DNA of 63,639 nt, counting the filler, from Reticulomyxa filosa (Eukaryota > Protista > Foraminifera): NCBI GenBank assembly GCA_000512085.1. It is 11 parts of 11 records of this genome, joined end to end, with 100 filler letters (N's around TTAATTAATTAA, not from the genome) between each part and the next. Parts side by side here need not be neighbours in the genome. Positions count along the whole stretch, not along the records: positions 13,901 to 17,551 come from ASPP01014855.1; positions 17,652 to 19,682 come from ASPP01007475.1; positions 19,783 to 39,296 come from ASPP01023090.1; 8 more parts are not named here. One strand, given 5' to 3'. A program made the position numbers and the translations under genes. A model generated the notes under the pieces. The model saw only the letters and a program-made list of their open reading frames with translations, was not told the DNA's origin and ran no database searches. Positions 14,006 through 28,189 of the stretch are shown piece after piece; within the stretch, counting starts at the first letter, position 1; each line of letters begins with the position of its first letter.

Positions 14006-16141
14006 ATTCTTCAAGTTCGATTGGACCTGCGTGTGATAATATCCAGTGCTACATTGGATGCGATTCGGTTCAAAGAGTTCTTCGAACTGAAAGGCGACGA
14101 TAATCCCGCAGAAGAGGAAAGCGCAATGATTGTGTATGTGTCGGGTCGCAACTACCCCGTGGACGTCATGTACCTATCGCATCCTTGTCCGAATTATGTG
14201 CGCGCCGGCGTCGAGACAGCACTGACTCTGCACCAGTACGAAAAAGGCGGACACATACTCGTGTTTTTGACCGGAGAGGAAGAGATCATGGAGGCCATCG
14301 AGTTGTGCAAGCAAGAAATGGACCGCTTGAAGATCGCATCCGAACAAGTGTCCATTCTGCCCATGTACGCCGGCTTGCCCTTTGAGTCCCAGCTCAAGGT
14401 GTTTCGCCGGTCCTCGTCTCGCAAAATCATTTTCGCTACAAATATTGCCGAGACTTCCATCACCATTGATGGTGTGGTTTACGTTATCGACTGTTGTTTT
14501 GTTAAAGTTCGGTTACATATATGTGTACATATATACATATACATATATACATATACATATACATATATATATGTATATACATTTCTTACTTTGCTTTTTT
14601 TTTTTAAAAAAAAAAATTTGTTTGTTTGGAAAGATTCCGACATTTGATCCAATGTCCGGTGTTGGGTCGTTGATCGTCATACCCGTCTCTCAAGCTTGTG
14701 CGAACCAACGCAAAGGACGGGCTGGCCGTGTGAGGCCGGGCAAGTGCTATCGCTTGTGTACCGAACAAGACTTTTCCAAGCTGCGCAAGCACACGATCCC
14801 GGAAATTCAGCGCTCCGATTTGAGCGACACCGTTCTCAAGTTAAAGGCACTGGGAATCGACAACATCCTCAAGTTTGACTATCTGTCGCCTCCAAGTGTC
14901 ATGTCTTTGAGCTATGGCTTGGAGTTGCTTCACGCATTGAACGCTCTCGATGACAAGTGCAAGCTCACCCATCCCGTTGGCAAAATCCTCGCCGAAGTCC
15001 CGTGTGATCCAAAGATGGGAGCTATGGTAGGTTTTTTTTTTTTTTTTTTTTTTTTTGATGAAAGGGGACTCTATATTCCATACAAATATTATAAACCATT
15101 CGATTGATAGCTGTTGGCGGCTGGTGAGTTGGGATGCTCGGAAGAAATTTTGTCCATTGCGGCAATGCTGTCTTTGAAACAGATTTGGAGGCCACCGTAA
15201 TGTTTTTTTTTTTTTATCCTCCTTTCTTCTTTTTTTTTTTTTTTTATTGTTTGGCTATTGTCTCAGTCGTGGCCGGAACAAAGATAAATTCGAAGAGAAT
15301 GAAAATGAAGTTCGCTGTTGCTGAAGGCGATCATCTCACTTATTTGAACAGTTCTTCTTTTTTAAAAAATAATACAAAACTGCACTCCAAATTATATTCA
15401 CTTTTTTTTTTTTTTTTTTGGCACACAATATTTTTCATAGTTTTCAACTCCTTCATTTTGAATAGTCAAGAGTCACTCTGGTGCTCTGAACACTTTTTGG
15501 ATTACAGAGCCCTGAAACGTTTTGTCTGCGTGCTTTCACACATATACGTACTACTCTTAACATACGTCTTGTCCATCTTGCAACAGTAACAGCGACAAAA
15601 CACACGTTGTGATAGGGGCTGTGGAAATTCGACAATTACTTCGCAAGTATTTGAAACGCTTCAAAGTGCCTCTCACCACTTGTGTATGGACTTGATTGTG
15701 TTTGTTTGTTGGAGGAAATCATTCTTTAGTCGCGTTTTGTTTTTTTTTTTTCAAAAAGTTGTTTTGTGTATGTACATATGCAAATGTATAATACAGAGAG
15801 GGGATATTAAATCAGTGTTACATGCCATTATACGTGGATACTTCAGCAATGCGGCGCAATTGCAATCCAATGGCTTATACAAAAGTATTCGTGGGGAACA
15901 AATTTTGGAAATTCATCCATCCAGCATTTTGTACAGTAGTGGCACTCCTTGGGTCATTTATCACGAAATTATTGCTACCACTGCGCAATATATGCATGAT
16001 GTCAGCGTTGTCAATCCTTTGTGGCTGCAAGAATTGGCATCTCACTTCTACATGTTCAAAGACTTAACACATGACAGAGAGCGAGAGTTTGCTAAATTAC
16101 AACAAAAACAACAAAAGCAAAAGCAAAAAAGCAACAAATAA
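14006..16141 (+). CDS. DHX35: DEAH-box RNA helicase, DHX35-like; 5' end truncated; multi-exon
   Basis: Motifs ISSATLD, ILVFLTGEEEI, RKIIFATNIAETSITIDG and QRKGRAGRVRPGKCYRL, followed by HA2 and OB-NTP regions (EGDHLT, IHPSS, WVIYHE). The subfamily call comes from recalled similarity. Confidence 0.8.
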
Positions 16142-16524
16142 ACACATCAAATGCTTTTTTATTTTACGCTAGTCCTTCGATAATCGACTCCTTAAGATTT
16201 TAATTGTTTTGCCCTGAAGCATTTTTTTGGGGGCTCACGGCAACATATTCGAAAGTAAGCCAACAAATAAAAGGCAAGTCAACATAAGTTTTGCAATACT
16301 AATAAAAATTCACAAAAATGTTTCCTTCATGAAAGGTTTAGTTTGTAGTAACGCTTTCTTCCAAAATTGAATTTATTTTCAATGCAATTATTTTTTAATA
16401 ATAAAGAAATTTGCGTGTCGAATATTTCATTTCACTCGAAGAAGTAAATTCCTCCAATTTCGTTTCACCAAAAAAAAAAAGGACCCCAAATTCTCTTTCA
16501 AAAAGCTAAACAATAACTTTGACA

Positions 16525-17512
16525 ATGAAAGACTATTTCTTAGCAGTAGTTAATGTATACAAATTTCTTTTTAGCTATGTAATTAATCTACCATTCGTTG
16601 GTAACCTATTGGATTTGTTTTCGCTGAGCTTTAGCGTCTATATCATGCGAAATGGAGTTGGTATGTTTACAGCAAAACATTTGAGTAGATGCAAAAGGCC
16701 GAAAAAGGTATTGAGGTTGTATGAATTTGAGAACTGTCCCTCGTGCAGAAAAGTAAGAGAGCTCCTTTCAGTACTGGACTTGGACTGTATGATTTTCCCT
16801 TGCCCCGAGGGTAAAGCTAAATTTTGTGTGCATTATTTTCAATTGCAAAAAAAAAAAAAAAAAATGAACCAAAACTACAAAAACGTATGCGTATGTGTAC
16901 GTGTGTGTTGTATCGATGGCAGGTGTATCCGAAGAAGAAAGTCGATTCCGTGGGGAGGCTAAAAAGGTTGGTGGAAAAATACAATTTCCTTTGTTAGTGG
17001 ATGAAAATGAAGTCGACGTGAATGGTGAGTCCTTGTACAAGTATGAATGCGACGACATTTGCAAGTATTTGCTTGAAACGTATGGTGATCGATGCGAGTT
17101 ACCTTGGACTTATACGTTGTCCCGTTTCTTTGCGATGCCGCGATTGCTCGTTGCTTCACTTTGTCGTCCATTGGATCAACATGGAAATAGAAGCATAAGA
17201 AAGAACTTGTCGTTAAGTAAAATACCAGATAAACCGTTGGAAGTGTTCAGTTATGAGGCGTCCCCATTCTCTAGAAGAGTTCGAGAAGTACTTAGTAGCT
17301 TGGAAATCCCTTATTACTTGAGAAACACTGCCCACGGAAGTGTTAAGAGAAATGAGTTTAAGGATCGCTTTTATGAAAAGTACATTCCCCCACTGCGAAG
17401 AAGCTTTGGCCTTGTGCAGCTGCCATTGGTGGTTGATCCTAACGTCGATGATGGAAAAGTTGTGTTGGAGAGCACTGACATTGTCGATTATTTGAAACAC
17501 CATTATTGGTGA
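16525..17512 (+). CDS. Tandem GST N-terminal/thioredoxin-like domain protein (2GST_N type), one intron
   Basis: Two repeats, LYEFENCPSCRKVRELLSVLDL and VFSYEASPFSRRVREVLSSLEIPY, each followed by Q-x-P-x-x-VD-x-N...ES/EC-x-DI. Confidence 0.8.
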
Positions 17513-17651
17513 TCACAAAGAAAATACATACATGCAACAATTAAAAAAAAANNNNNNNNNNNNNNNNNNNNNNNNNNNNNNNNNNNNNNNNNNNNTTAAT
17601 TAATTAANNNNNNNNNNNNNNNNNNNNNNNNNNNNNNNNNNNNNNNNNNNN

Positions 17652-19682
17652 CGTCATTGGGCACGTCAATGACGAGAAGGAGAAATTCAGAGCTGCTGTC
17701 CGAAAACAGTGAACTTGAGGATGCCAACGAACAGAGCGATAACAAACACGAACACGAACACGAGCACGAACACAAAAACAAAGAAATAGAAAAAGAAAAA
17801 GAAAGTGTGACAAATAACACAAATGGAAAAAAAGTGTCTCCGAGAATAGTGACGAACATCTTCAAAGGTCCCGATAGTGTTAACGGTCAGAACAAGACTG
17901 GCCATCATCATCATAATCATCATCATCATCATCAAAATACGATAGCTCCGCAAACGATCAGCAAAGATGCTCTTGGACACTTTATCTTATTGTCGGTGTT
18001 GATTGGCATCATGTTCTTCTTGCTTATCGAAGCCGAGTCCGTGCATTGGCTCGGAATCCGCCATTTCATTCCCCAAGTCTTTTTAATCACTGCTGGCGTG
18101 GGGACAGTATTTGGTGCATTTGTGCTCATTCCAGATTGGAAAGACAAGTCCACATACAACGTATTTGTCGTCATCTTCTTGGTTGTTATGATTGTTTCCA
18201 TTATGGTTTTGACTGCTGGTGTATTATTAGTTAGGTTATATATATATATATATACATATATATGTATATAAATATTTCTTTTACTTAACAACTGCTATTA
18301 AAAAAAACACTTTTATGCAAACAAAAAGTTTAAGTTAATCGATGAACTCACATTGGCAGCGAAAATGGTAAATGAGATTGTGGACCAATCCGATTTGATA
18401 AAAAAATTGGAGTTGAACGAATACGTGAATGGATACAGAAACACATTGGTGAAGGAAATACAGCGGCATATTCCCATCGACACCGACAAACAAACTCAAT
18501 TTGTCGAATCTTTGTTGGCCAATCCCAATGATATTTGGAATCAATTCAAATCTGCTTTTTTAGGGACTTCGTCTAATCTTATCACTTTGGAGTCTTCCTT
18601 TCCTTCTTCTTCTTCTTCTTCTTCTTCTTTCTCTCCATCATCATCCTCTTCCTCCTCTTCATCTTCATCCTCTTCATCATCGTCATCCTCCTCCTCCTCA
18701 TCTTCTTCTCCTCTTTTATCCAATACAAGCCTCACGCCACCAGAGTATAGCAATAACTCTGTCGTGGTAACAAACGACGAGCTCCGCACAGATATCTGCG
18801 AGTTGGAAGACAAGTCCGAACATTGGGGTACGTGTCAAAGGTCCACACAAACTACCTTTGAAACAAGTTTCAATCCACACGCAAATGATGTGAATGACAA
18901 TGGTAACAAAAACGACAATAATAATGACAATAACAATGACAATAACAATGACAATAACAATGGCAATAACAATGACAATGAAGAGCAATCCGAGTCAATC
19001 GTCGAGACCATTCGTAGTTTGTTCTCTTATGGAGGCTCTTTTTTTGGAGTCGAGTCTTACGAACAATCGCTGTTTGGTGCCATGGGCAATTACGTTTTGA
19101 ATTATCTATCAGATTTGGGTGAGTGAGTCATCGAATAGTGTTTAACTTTTTGTTCTCTTTAACAAAGGCTTTTACACAACATATATACGTATACTCAAAA
19201 AAAAAAAAGAAGGAATGTAAATGTAATGAATGTATTAAATCATGTTTGGTCCTATGGTCGACATTTGACAGGAACACTATCATTGCAATTTTTGCAAGTG
19301 ATTGGGTTGCTGTTGTCGTTTGGGACATGGATTGTCCATCTTGGTATCAATTTCATGGTTTTCTTAACTTGTCTGTTTTATTTATTGTTGGACAGCGACA
19401 CCGTTGTGAATCAAATAAAGAAAATGGCTTTGCTTATACCCAGCATTAACACCGCCCTTTATTACTACCCTTTCAATTCCAGTCAATCGTCCGGGAAAGA
19501 GGACACTGGCTCCAATCCCAAAGCTCAGCCATCTATACAAAACAGTAGCACTGTCAATGCGAATCACACTCAAGCTGCTGCCTTTGTCACTCCGAAAAAT
19601 AATCACATTCAATCACATCCTGTCGATTTGCTTTTCAAAAAAAACAGTGCCAGAAAAAGCATTTCCAATACCACTTTCGCTC
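17652..19682 (+). CDS. Multi-pass membrane protein, TMEM245/AI-2E-like; partial at both ends
   Basis: Several TM helices and a Ser/Asn-rich loop, then GINFMVFLTCLFYLLLD, which resembles the conserved FxxxLFYLL of TMEM245/AI-2E. Confidence 0.5.
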
Positions 19683-20879
19683 NNNNNNNNNNNNNNNNNN
19701 NNNNNNNNNNNNNNNNNNNNNNNNNNTTAATTAATTAANNNNNNNNNNNNNNNNNNNNNNNNNNNNNNNNNNNNNNNNNNNNTTGGGGTTTATAAGATAA
19801 TGAAAATTAAATGTTTCAGCCACCAGCCACACAGACATTATAGCAAAAAAATAGTTTGAACAAACGCTATCAAAGTATTGAATTTCACTCCAAATTCTCC
19901 AAATCTGAACCAAATCAAAATATGTGGTTGATAGTGAAAACGAAAATATTCAAAAATGGACCATTCGGATCAAAAGAATAACTCCGGAAACAATTTAAAT
20001 TAAAATAGAGAAAGTGAGTTGTGTTTGTAAAGATGATTTAACCTGTTGGGGGCTATGTTGAATTTGCTAATTTAAAATTAACAATCTGATTATGTGACAA
20101 CAAAAATTGATTTTTTTTTTTATAAAATATATTATTCTATTTCTTTAAGTTTTTACTTATATAAAATTATTCTTAACAAAAAGATTAATAAAAAAATCTT
20201 GAAATGGTAAAGTGTTTCTTTTAAAAGTTAAATTCAATTTCAAACTACTATCCTTATTCAGTTGTTAATTGAAAAAAAAAGATCAAATTGCAGAAATGCA
20301 TTTATTTTCATTTTTAATTGTAAATGTAATGATTTTAATCATTAGACTGAACTTTCAATAATAAGAAAATTATGTTCGAGTGAATATATTATCATTCACT
20401 TGATAATCAATTAATTTACACTCTTTTTTTCGTTTAATAGACCTTTCTCGCTACCATCAAGTTTTCTTGAACTCATTTTTTTTTCGAGTAAAAAGACTAT
20501 TGATATCTTTATGAAATCAATTTAAAGTTCATTAAAAAAAAGGCGTCTTTATTAATTTTTGTATTAAAAAAACGATCGACAGTTGTTAGACTTTCACAAG
20601 CAAGCAGCAATTTTTTAAGGAATCCATGACAGTGCCAAGAGTTTGAACGCTATACATGGATTTCTCATTCTTTATTTTTAACGGAGAACGTATTGACTCT
20701 TCATTACGTCTCTTTTAATTATCACACATTTTTATTTGACGGAATATCTAAAAAATTCTCACATGATTGTAGCAAATAGAATGTAAACATTATTATTATT
20801 CAGATATTCAGTGTAAACCTAAAAACAAACAAAAAAAGGGCCTCATTTAAAAAATTAATCTATTTTTTGATCTAATCAT

Positions 20880-23800
20880 ATGATACACGAAGCAATAACA
20901 AAGAAACTGAAAGATTATTATAAATCTCAAGATAAACTCGTTCCTTTATTTGATGATCCTGAGCAATCTATCTACACCTGCTACATTCGATTGATTCTTT
21001 TGGACCAAAAACGATTTCAACAAAGAAAGGAACAATGGACAAACACGTTAGACTATTCATTGATCTGTGGTACTGGAAAAGAAAAAATGGAAGTTCAAGA
21101 CATTTGGAATGTAAAAGAAAGCGACTTGGAAGTGCATCACATTAGCATTTGTGGAGAAGCAGGAAGTGGAAAGAGTGTGTTGACACAAAGAATTGCACAT
21201 TTATGGGCAAATGATCAAATGTGGAATAATCAATTCCAATGGTTGTTGCACATTCCATTTCGAAAAATTGTTGGCATTTTTGAAAATAATAAGAATAAAA
21301 ATGAAAATAACATAAAAGATCAATGGTTGAAAATAATGAAAGAATTGAATATTCCACAATGGAATGCAAATGATACAAATATTGTGTATTCAAAGAATGG
21401 ATTATTAATATTGGATGGATTTGATGAAATTGCAAATGAATTAAATAAGAAACCTGGAATACAACAATGGTTACAATATTGTACTGAGAATAGAAACTAT
21501 AATGTGATTATTACAAGTCGCCCAAATGCAATGTGTTCATATTTGAAAAAACCAAGATTATTCAATGTCATTGGATTTCAATCACAAGATATTCAAAGCT
21601 ATGTTCATGCCTATTTTTAAAAATATTTCAAATCGTTATAATGATTATCACAATCACGCAGAAATGTTGATAAGAAAATTGGATGACAATTCACATTTGA
21701 AATTATTGAGTCATACTCCATTGTATTTGAGATTATTTTGTTATTTCACAAGACAACAAATCATCAAAGGACAAGAAGAAGAGAAAAAAGAAGAAGTTCA
21801 AACTAAATCAGGATTGGATGAATTGAATAATATATCAATATCAAAATTGTATGAAAAGTTATTGGAATGTTATATGAAATGGAATTGGATCAAATTCAAT
21901 GGAACAAAAGATAAATCAAATGAACAAGATATGTTCAATTTATTTAAAATGGAAATGGATTATTTATCACATATTGCATGGGAAGGATTAAAATGTGGAC
22001 AAACAATTATTTCTTGTGAAATACAACAAAAAGTATTAAATATTATCATTAACAAATATCCACGTAAACATATTTCAGTAATGTCTCAATGGTCTCGAAT
22101 TTATTCATTTGGATTTTTACAAGGACAAGAATCAATGAATCCATCTCATCCAATTGATTCAATATATTTTCCTCATTTAACATTTCAGGAATGGTTTTCT
22201 GCTTATTATTTGGTGAATTGTTTGTATCAATCAAATAAAACAAAAGAACATCAAGAAGTGTGTTCTATTTTAATGAATCAACAAATTGAGCCAAAATATT
22301 CAGTGATGATTCCATTTATGGCTGGGATATTATATAATAATATTGAAAGTGGAAAAGATTCATCAGGATCTGGTTTGTTATATTTTTGGAAATCATTATA
22401 TTCTTCACCACCTCAACTCGTTCCCATTCATCAAATGATGCTGTGTATTCGTTGTTTGGATGCTTGTAAAGCAGACACAAAAAGTTCATTTCTTTCGTCA
22501 CAACTCCAAGATTGTCACAACACAGTTATTCATTCATTCAAACTGTGGTTCATTTCTTGGTTCAATTTTGACAAAGATAAATTTGCCTTCTACGAATCCA
22601 ATCGAATAGTGAGCAGACCATTGGATGACGTAATAGAAATGTATTTGCCCACATTACAGTATACTCTTATTCATCCAGATATCCATTTATGTATTATCAG
22701 TCAACTCATCAAATTTAAGGAGTGGGTATTAGAAATCCAGAGTGATAGTATTTTCAATGAAGAAATTAGAGATATGTTGTATTTGTTATCATTTTTGTGT
22801 ATCTCCACAGAAACATCAGATATTGTTTTGCAATGTTTTGAATCTCTTTTTAGTAGACTTGAAAATACCGATTTTGATCATCTTTATGAAATAATATCAA
22901 TGAGATTGAAAGAAGATCAATTTGATAGTATTATCAAATTTTTAAAGACCAAGTTGCCTAAAGAAAAAAGATTCACTCGTAGGGAAGTTGCATATTCATT
23001 TAGAGCAATAGCTCCAAAATTGAATAAAAGACAAGTGAGTGATATTTTTCAGTTTTTAGTAAGTGGACTTAATCGCGAAAAAAATGATTTGCTGTCATAT
23101 GCAGAAGTACTTGTAGAAATAGCAGTAAAATTGGATGAAAAATTGAACGATGTTTTCAAATATTTGACTAAAATATCAATCAAAATCCCAGATTGGCCTG
23201 TATTCAGAACACTCTTAATAAAAACATATGATGGAAAATTGAAGGAAGGTGTTTTTGAATATTTGATCAATGGATTAGATAATGAAGATAGAAATTTCAG
23301 TGCAGAAGTGCTTAAAGAAATATCAATGAAATTGAAAGAAGAACACTTGAATATTACCCTCCAATGTTTAAAGAGAAAATTTAATAGCAAAAATCAGGAC
23401 ATTGCAAGTGTATTTGAGAATATTGCAATAAAATTGAACAAAGAACAGTTACCTATTTTTTTTCAAAGTTTGACAGATGGATTGGAAGATAAGTGTGAAC
23501 GTGTACGGTACCACTGCGCGAAATGTCTTGTGAAACTTTTAAAGAAATGGAATCAAGTACAATTGAATAATGCTTTCAAATGTCTGATGAACAGATTAAA
23601 TGAAAATACTGATCGGATATACATAACATCCATTAAAAAAATTTTAATGCAATTAAATGACAAAAACTTGGATATTGCTTTTCAATATTTGATTGATAGA
23701 TTAGATAATAGCAAAAAGAATGTTTGTAATATTTGTGCTAATTTATTGGCAGCAGCGTCAACACAATGGAATCAAACACAATTGAATAATACTTTCAAAT

Positions 23801-26759
23801 GTTTGTTGAATATATCAAATGAAGATTTTCATTGGACATATACATACTCCATTGAAAAAATTTTAATACAATTAAAGGGAGAATATTTGGATTCCGCTTT
23901 TCAATGTTTGATTGACAGATTGTACAACAATAATCGATATATCCGCGAGATGTGTGTTGATTTGTTAGCAGCATCAATACAATGGAATAAAGTACAATTG
24001 AATATACTCTTTATGAATTTGATGAAAGTATCCAAAGATAAAAATAAACATGTTCGTTATTCATGTGCAAAATCAATTCAAAAACTCTTATTACAATTAA
24101 ATGATGAGCAAATAAATAATAAACAAATGAATAATGTGTTTATATATTTAATCAATGGATTTAAAGATAAAAACAAAAATGTTCAATATTCATGTGCTGA
24201 ATCACTTGGAAAGATTGCAAATAAATTGAATCGAATTCAATTGAATATTGCATTTCAACTTATGATAAAGAAATTGGATGATAAGAATGAAGATATATTA
24301 GTTCGAATATCATGTGCAGAATCTCTTGGAAGAATAGCAATGAAATTAAGTAAAACACAATTGAATGATACTTTGAAATGTTTGATGAATGGATTAAATG
24401 ATGAAAGTGAAAATGGATTTGTTCATAAATATTGTGCATACTCAATTGAGAAAATTTTAATGAAATTGAGAAAGATTGATGAAAACACTTGTATCAGTAT
24501 GTCATTTAAACAATTACTTGAAACAATTCTAACAAAATTCAAGAAAAAACAATTCAATAATACTCTCATGTTGTTGTTCAATGGACTCAAAGATGAAAAT
24601 GAATCTATTAGTTTCAGTTATGTTAAAGAGTTGGAAAAATTCTTATTGAAATTAAATGGAAAACAATTTAGTACTGCTTTTGATTTTTTGGTTAATGGAT
24701 TAAGCGATGAAAATACAAATGCTTACCACTTACGTAGCGACATAGTTAATATAACAGTATTGCAATTAAATCAAGGACAAACGGATAGAGCATTAAAATA
24801 TTTGCTCGATGGCCTCAATGAAGATATTTATATTTATCGTTTATGCACAAGCGCACTTGAAACACTGGAATCAAAATTGAATAAAAGACAATTGAATAAA
24901 ACAATAAAAGGTTTGCTTAATGCACTCAATCATGAGGATTGTGACGCTTGTTATTTATATATGACATTACTTGGCAAACTTGTGATAAAATTAAATGAGG
25001 AGGAATTGTACTTATGCACAAAACATTGTTTGCAAATTTTTAAAGAGAACATTGGTGTAGATCCAATACTCTCAAGGACATCAAATAATATGTGGCAACG
25101 AGTTATAATGGATATGCTGAAAAGAGATATTCCAGGACAAAGTGAATTAATAGCCTTTGGTTTGTGGACATATAATCCTTGTATTCAATTCAATTTTAAT
25201 AATAATATCGATCCGAACGCTTTCAATAGATTGTTACAATGTTGCAAAAAACAAGGCATTGAATGGGGCTTTCCAACAGAATGGAAATGGGATGTTGATG
25301 ATGCCATCCCGTATCCTTGTTGTAACAACTTCATCAATACAAACAAAACTAAAGGTAGTTATAATATTTTATGTGAATTAGCACAATCAGGTGATATGTC
25401 TCGATTGAAATTTGTATTGGAACATCATAATATTGACATTAATGACGTATTCAATGAATATGGATATACTCCATTACTTTTGGCAATACATTACAAACAT
25501 TGGGATGTTACTCGTTATTGCATTGAACAAGGTGCATGGATTGATGCTAGAGGAGGTGCATTCGATAAAGTCACTTTGCAAACACCTGTTGAGTGTATTG
25601 TTAAAAAAATTATAAAAGAAAAAAAGAACGATAAAGTGAATGAAAAAGAGTATTGGAAATGATGAAGATGTGTAAATGGATATTGAAACAACGAACAATA
25701 TATCCAATGAAACAAATTGAATATGCGATTGATTATGTGAAAGATAAATTAATTGATGAAGATGGTGTAAGTAAAAAAATTGATGATACAAGTTATGAAA
25801 CATTATTAGTTGAAGGTGCAACATTTTTATTGGGAGAGAATCAAAAAGGATTACAAGAAATATTAATGAATAAGAGTTTATTGTATTGGGGGGCCAGCCG
25901 AAATGTTGTACTCATTAAACCTGAAAATTGTAAAAAACAAAGATTTGATAAAGGATGGCATCCAATTCCATTTCTTGCTGTTCGAATATTTTTATTATTT
26001 GAAATGTGTGTTGAATTGAAACAAAAAGGAACAAACAAGATTAAATTACCAAAGAATAGGACATTTGGACAAGTGTATGAAAAAGGAGTTAGAGAATTGC
26101 AAGTACAATTGACAACATATTGGGATTGTCTTACAACTGAATTATTTGAAGAGGAATGTCCAGAATTAATTGATGATTGGGTTTGTAATGTGATAGACCG
26201 TTTGATGAATTTGAAACCAGTATCAAAAAATGAATTTTGTGAAATGAGCTTGGTTGTTGGCCATGAAGATCATTGCATATATTTAAGTTTATGTAAAATA
26301 TTTAAATTCATTTTGGTGAGAATTGATAATCGATGGATGGAAACAATTCCGTCAAATACTCATAATATTGAGAATGAAAATAAATTGATTCAATCATATT
26401 TGATTGCATATTTTCAAAGCAATGGTTCAAAAATAAATAAAAATAAGGAATGGCTGAAAGATTATATCAAGAATGGGATAAAATTGAGAAAAAGTAAATG
26501 TAAGAAAAGTATGAAACATTTGTATTGTGATAATAAGAAATTATCACCTCCACGTGAAGGAAACTTATCATTAATTGTAAAAGAATGGCCTTTTCGTCCA
26601 ATTCAAATTGATGCACAAAATTGTTATTTGCGAAATCATAATATTGGATATCGAATTCGTGTAGGTGATGTTTTATATAAATGGTTTCGTGATCAAGAAT
26701 GTAAAAGTTTTGTGTTTAGTAGAAGTAATTATAACAAAGCAATTGTTGTTGAAAAGTAA
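20880..26759 (+). CDS. NLR-like STAND protein: NACHT + HEAT/ARM repeats + ankyrin repeats + putative C-terminal cysteine protease; two single-base frameshifts (pseudogene or sequencing error)
   Basis: Walker A GEAGSGKS (~21153), Walker B LILDGFDE (~21405), IITSRP, TPLYL, winged-helix FPHLTFQEWFSA, HEAT repeats (DKNKNVQYSCAESLGKI) and ankyrin GYTPLLLAIHYKHWDVTRYCIEQGA. Three overlapping ORFs join at 21614-21623 and 25651-25662. Confidence 0.8.
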
Positions 26760-27766
26760 AGCCTATATCATAACATATTTTTTTTAATAAAATTTTATTC
26801 AATTACATGATTCTACAAATATAAAATGAATTAAAATATGATATGTTCGAAATAATCTTTTAAAAAAAACGAAAAAGGAGCTATATTCTTGATTCTCTAT
26901 TTTTTTAGTTAATTACTTTTTCATTTTTTAAAACTTGTAACAAGAACTAATCTCATCTTCTTTTGAGCCTTCTTGTTTTAACAAAGACGGATTTACACTT
27001 TAATTCACAAGAATAAATTTATTAAATATAAATATATGAAGAGTTGAGTTGTGTGAAGGAACATTTTTGTTGAGTCTTTGTTTCATAATTAAGAGGAGAA
27101 AGTTGTTCTTTTTTGCTTGAATCTTGGTTGAAGTAAGTTACTTAGTTAGTATTTTTTTGTTCTTTAACAACTGAAAGCACAGAAGACACTTTTTCATTCC
27201 TAGAGAAATAAAGTTTTACAAGACAGAAAGGATTTTCATTGTATCTCCTTTTAAATATGTTGGATATACATTTTTTCATTATGTATTCATCATGATGTTG
27301 TGTATTTTTTTTTAGGAGTTGCGTATTTGCGAAGCGATTGAAAAAATTGAGTTGACTGACAATTATTAGAAAGTACAAATTTTGTCAATTATTAATGTTT
27401 TTATATTTATAACAATTACAGTCATTATTATTGAATCTTACTTTTTTGAATTCATTGCAATAAATCAAAATGACAATACATATTTGAAAATATCCAAGTA
27501 ATTATGATTATTTATCTAATTTTATTTTTCAATTAATTAAATAAAAAAAAGTTTAACTTCTTTAGAAAGATAATTTATTGTTTTCTATAATTTTTCTAAG
27601 AAAATTAGCCAATTAAAAACGATAAAGATATATTTATTATAGAAATTTGTTTCATTTAACATATTTTATAATAATTTTACACTTCATTTTATTTATTATT
27701 ATATAATTTTAATTAAATTAGAAATTAAAACAAAAAAAAAGTATTTTTACAAACTTTCTTTACTAG

Positions 27767-28189
27767 TGTGTAGGAATAGTAAGGAGACTAAGTGTAACAC
27801 GAAAGGAAACTTAGTTTCGAAAAGTAATTTTAGGAAAAAGAAAGTAAATTAACGAGAATAATTGCAACACAATGAAAGAAAACAACTAAAGAACTAAACA
27901 AAGTGAGTTGTGTTGTTAAGAAGGTTTAATCCACAGGGGGTCCCACAGTTCCTTTATTTGAACTTGTATAATAGGGCTTTACCCTACGTGTGGGACGTCT
28001 GCTGATAGTATTGGTGTTTACTTAAAAGAGAATCGGAGTTTCGTAAAACGAAAGTAATTTAAATAATAAAACAAAAGAACAAAAGGAAAGTAATAAAGTA
28101 AAGAAGTATGTTGTTGAGGAAGTTTAATCTACTAGGGATTTCTCCGTTCACTTGACGTTAAGATACTTATAATAGGGACTTGCAATACA
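27767..28189 (+). mobile_element. Two tandem diverged ~200-220 bp TG...CA units (solo-LTR/MITE-like) flanked by a CTAG duplication
   Basis: Unit 1 is 27769-27988 (TGTAGG...ATAGGGCTTTACCCTACG). Unit 2 is 27989-28189 (TGTGGG...ATAGGGACTTGCAATACA). Both share GAAAGTAA(A/T)TT, TGTTGTT(A/G)AG(A/G)A(A/G)GTTTAATC and TATAATAGGG. Flanks are CTAG|TG...CA|CTAG. Confidence 0.5.
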
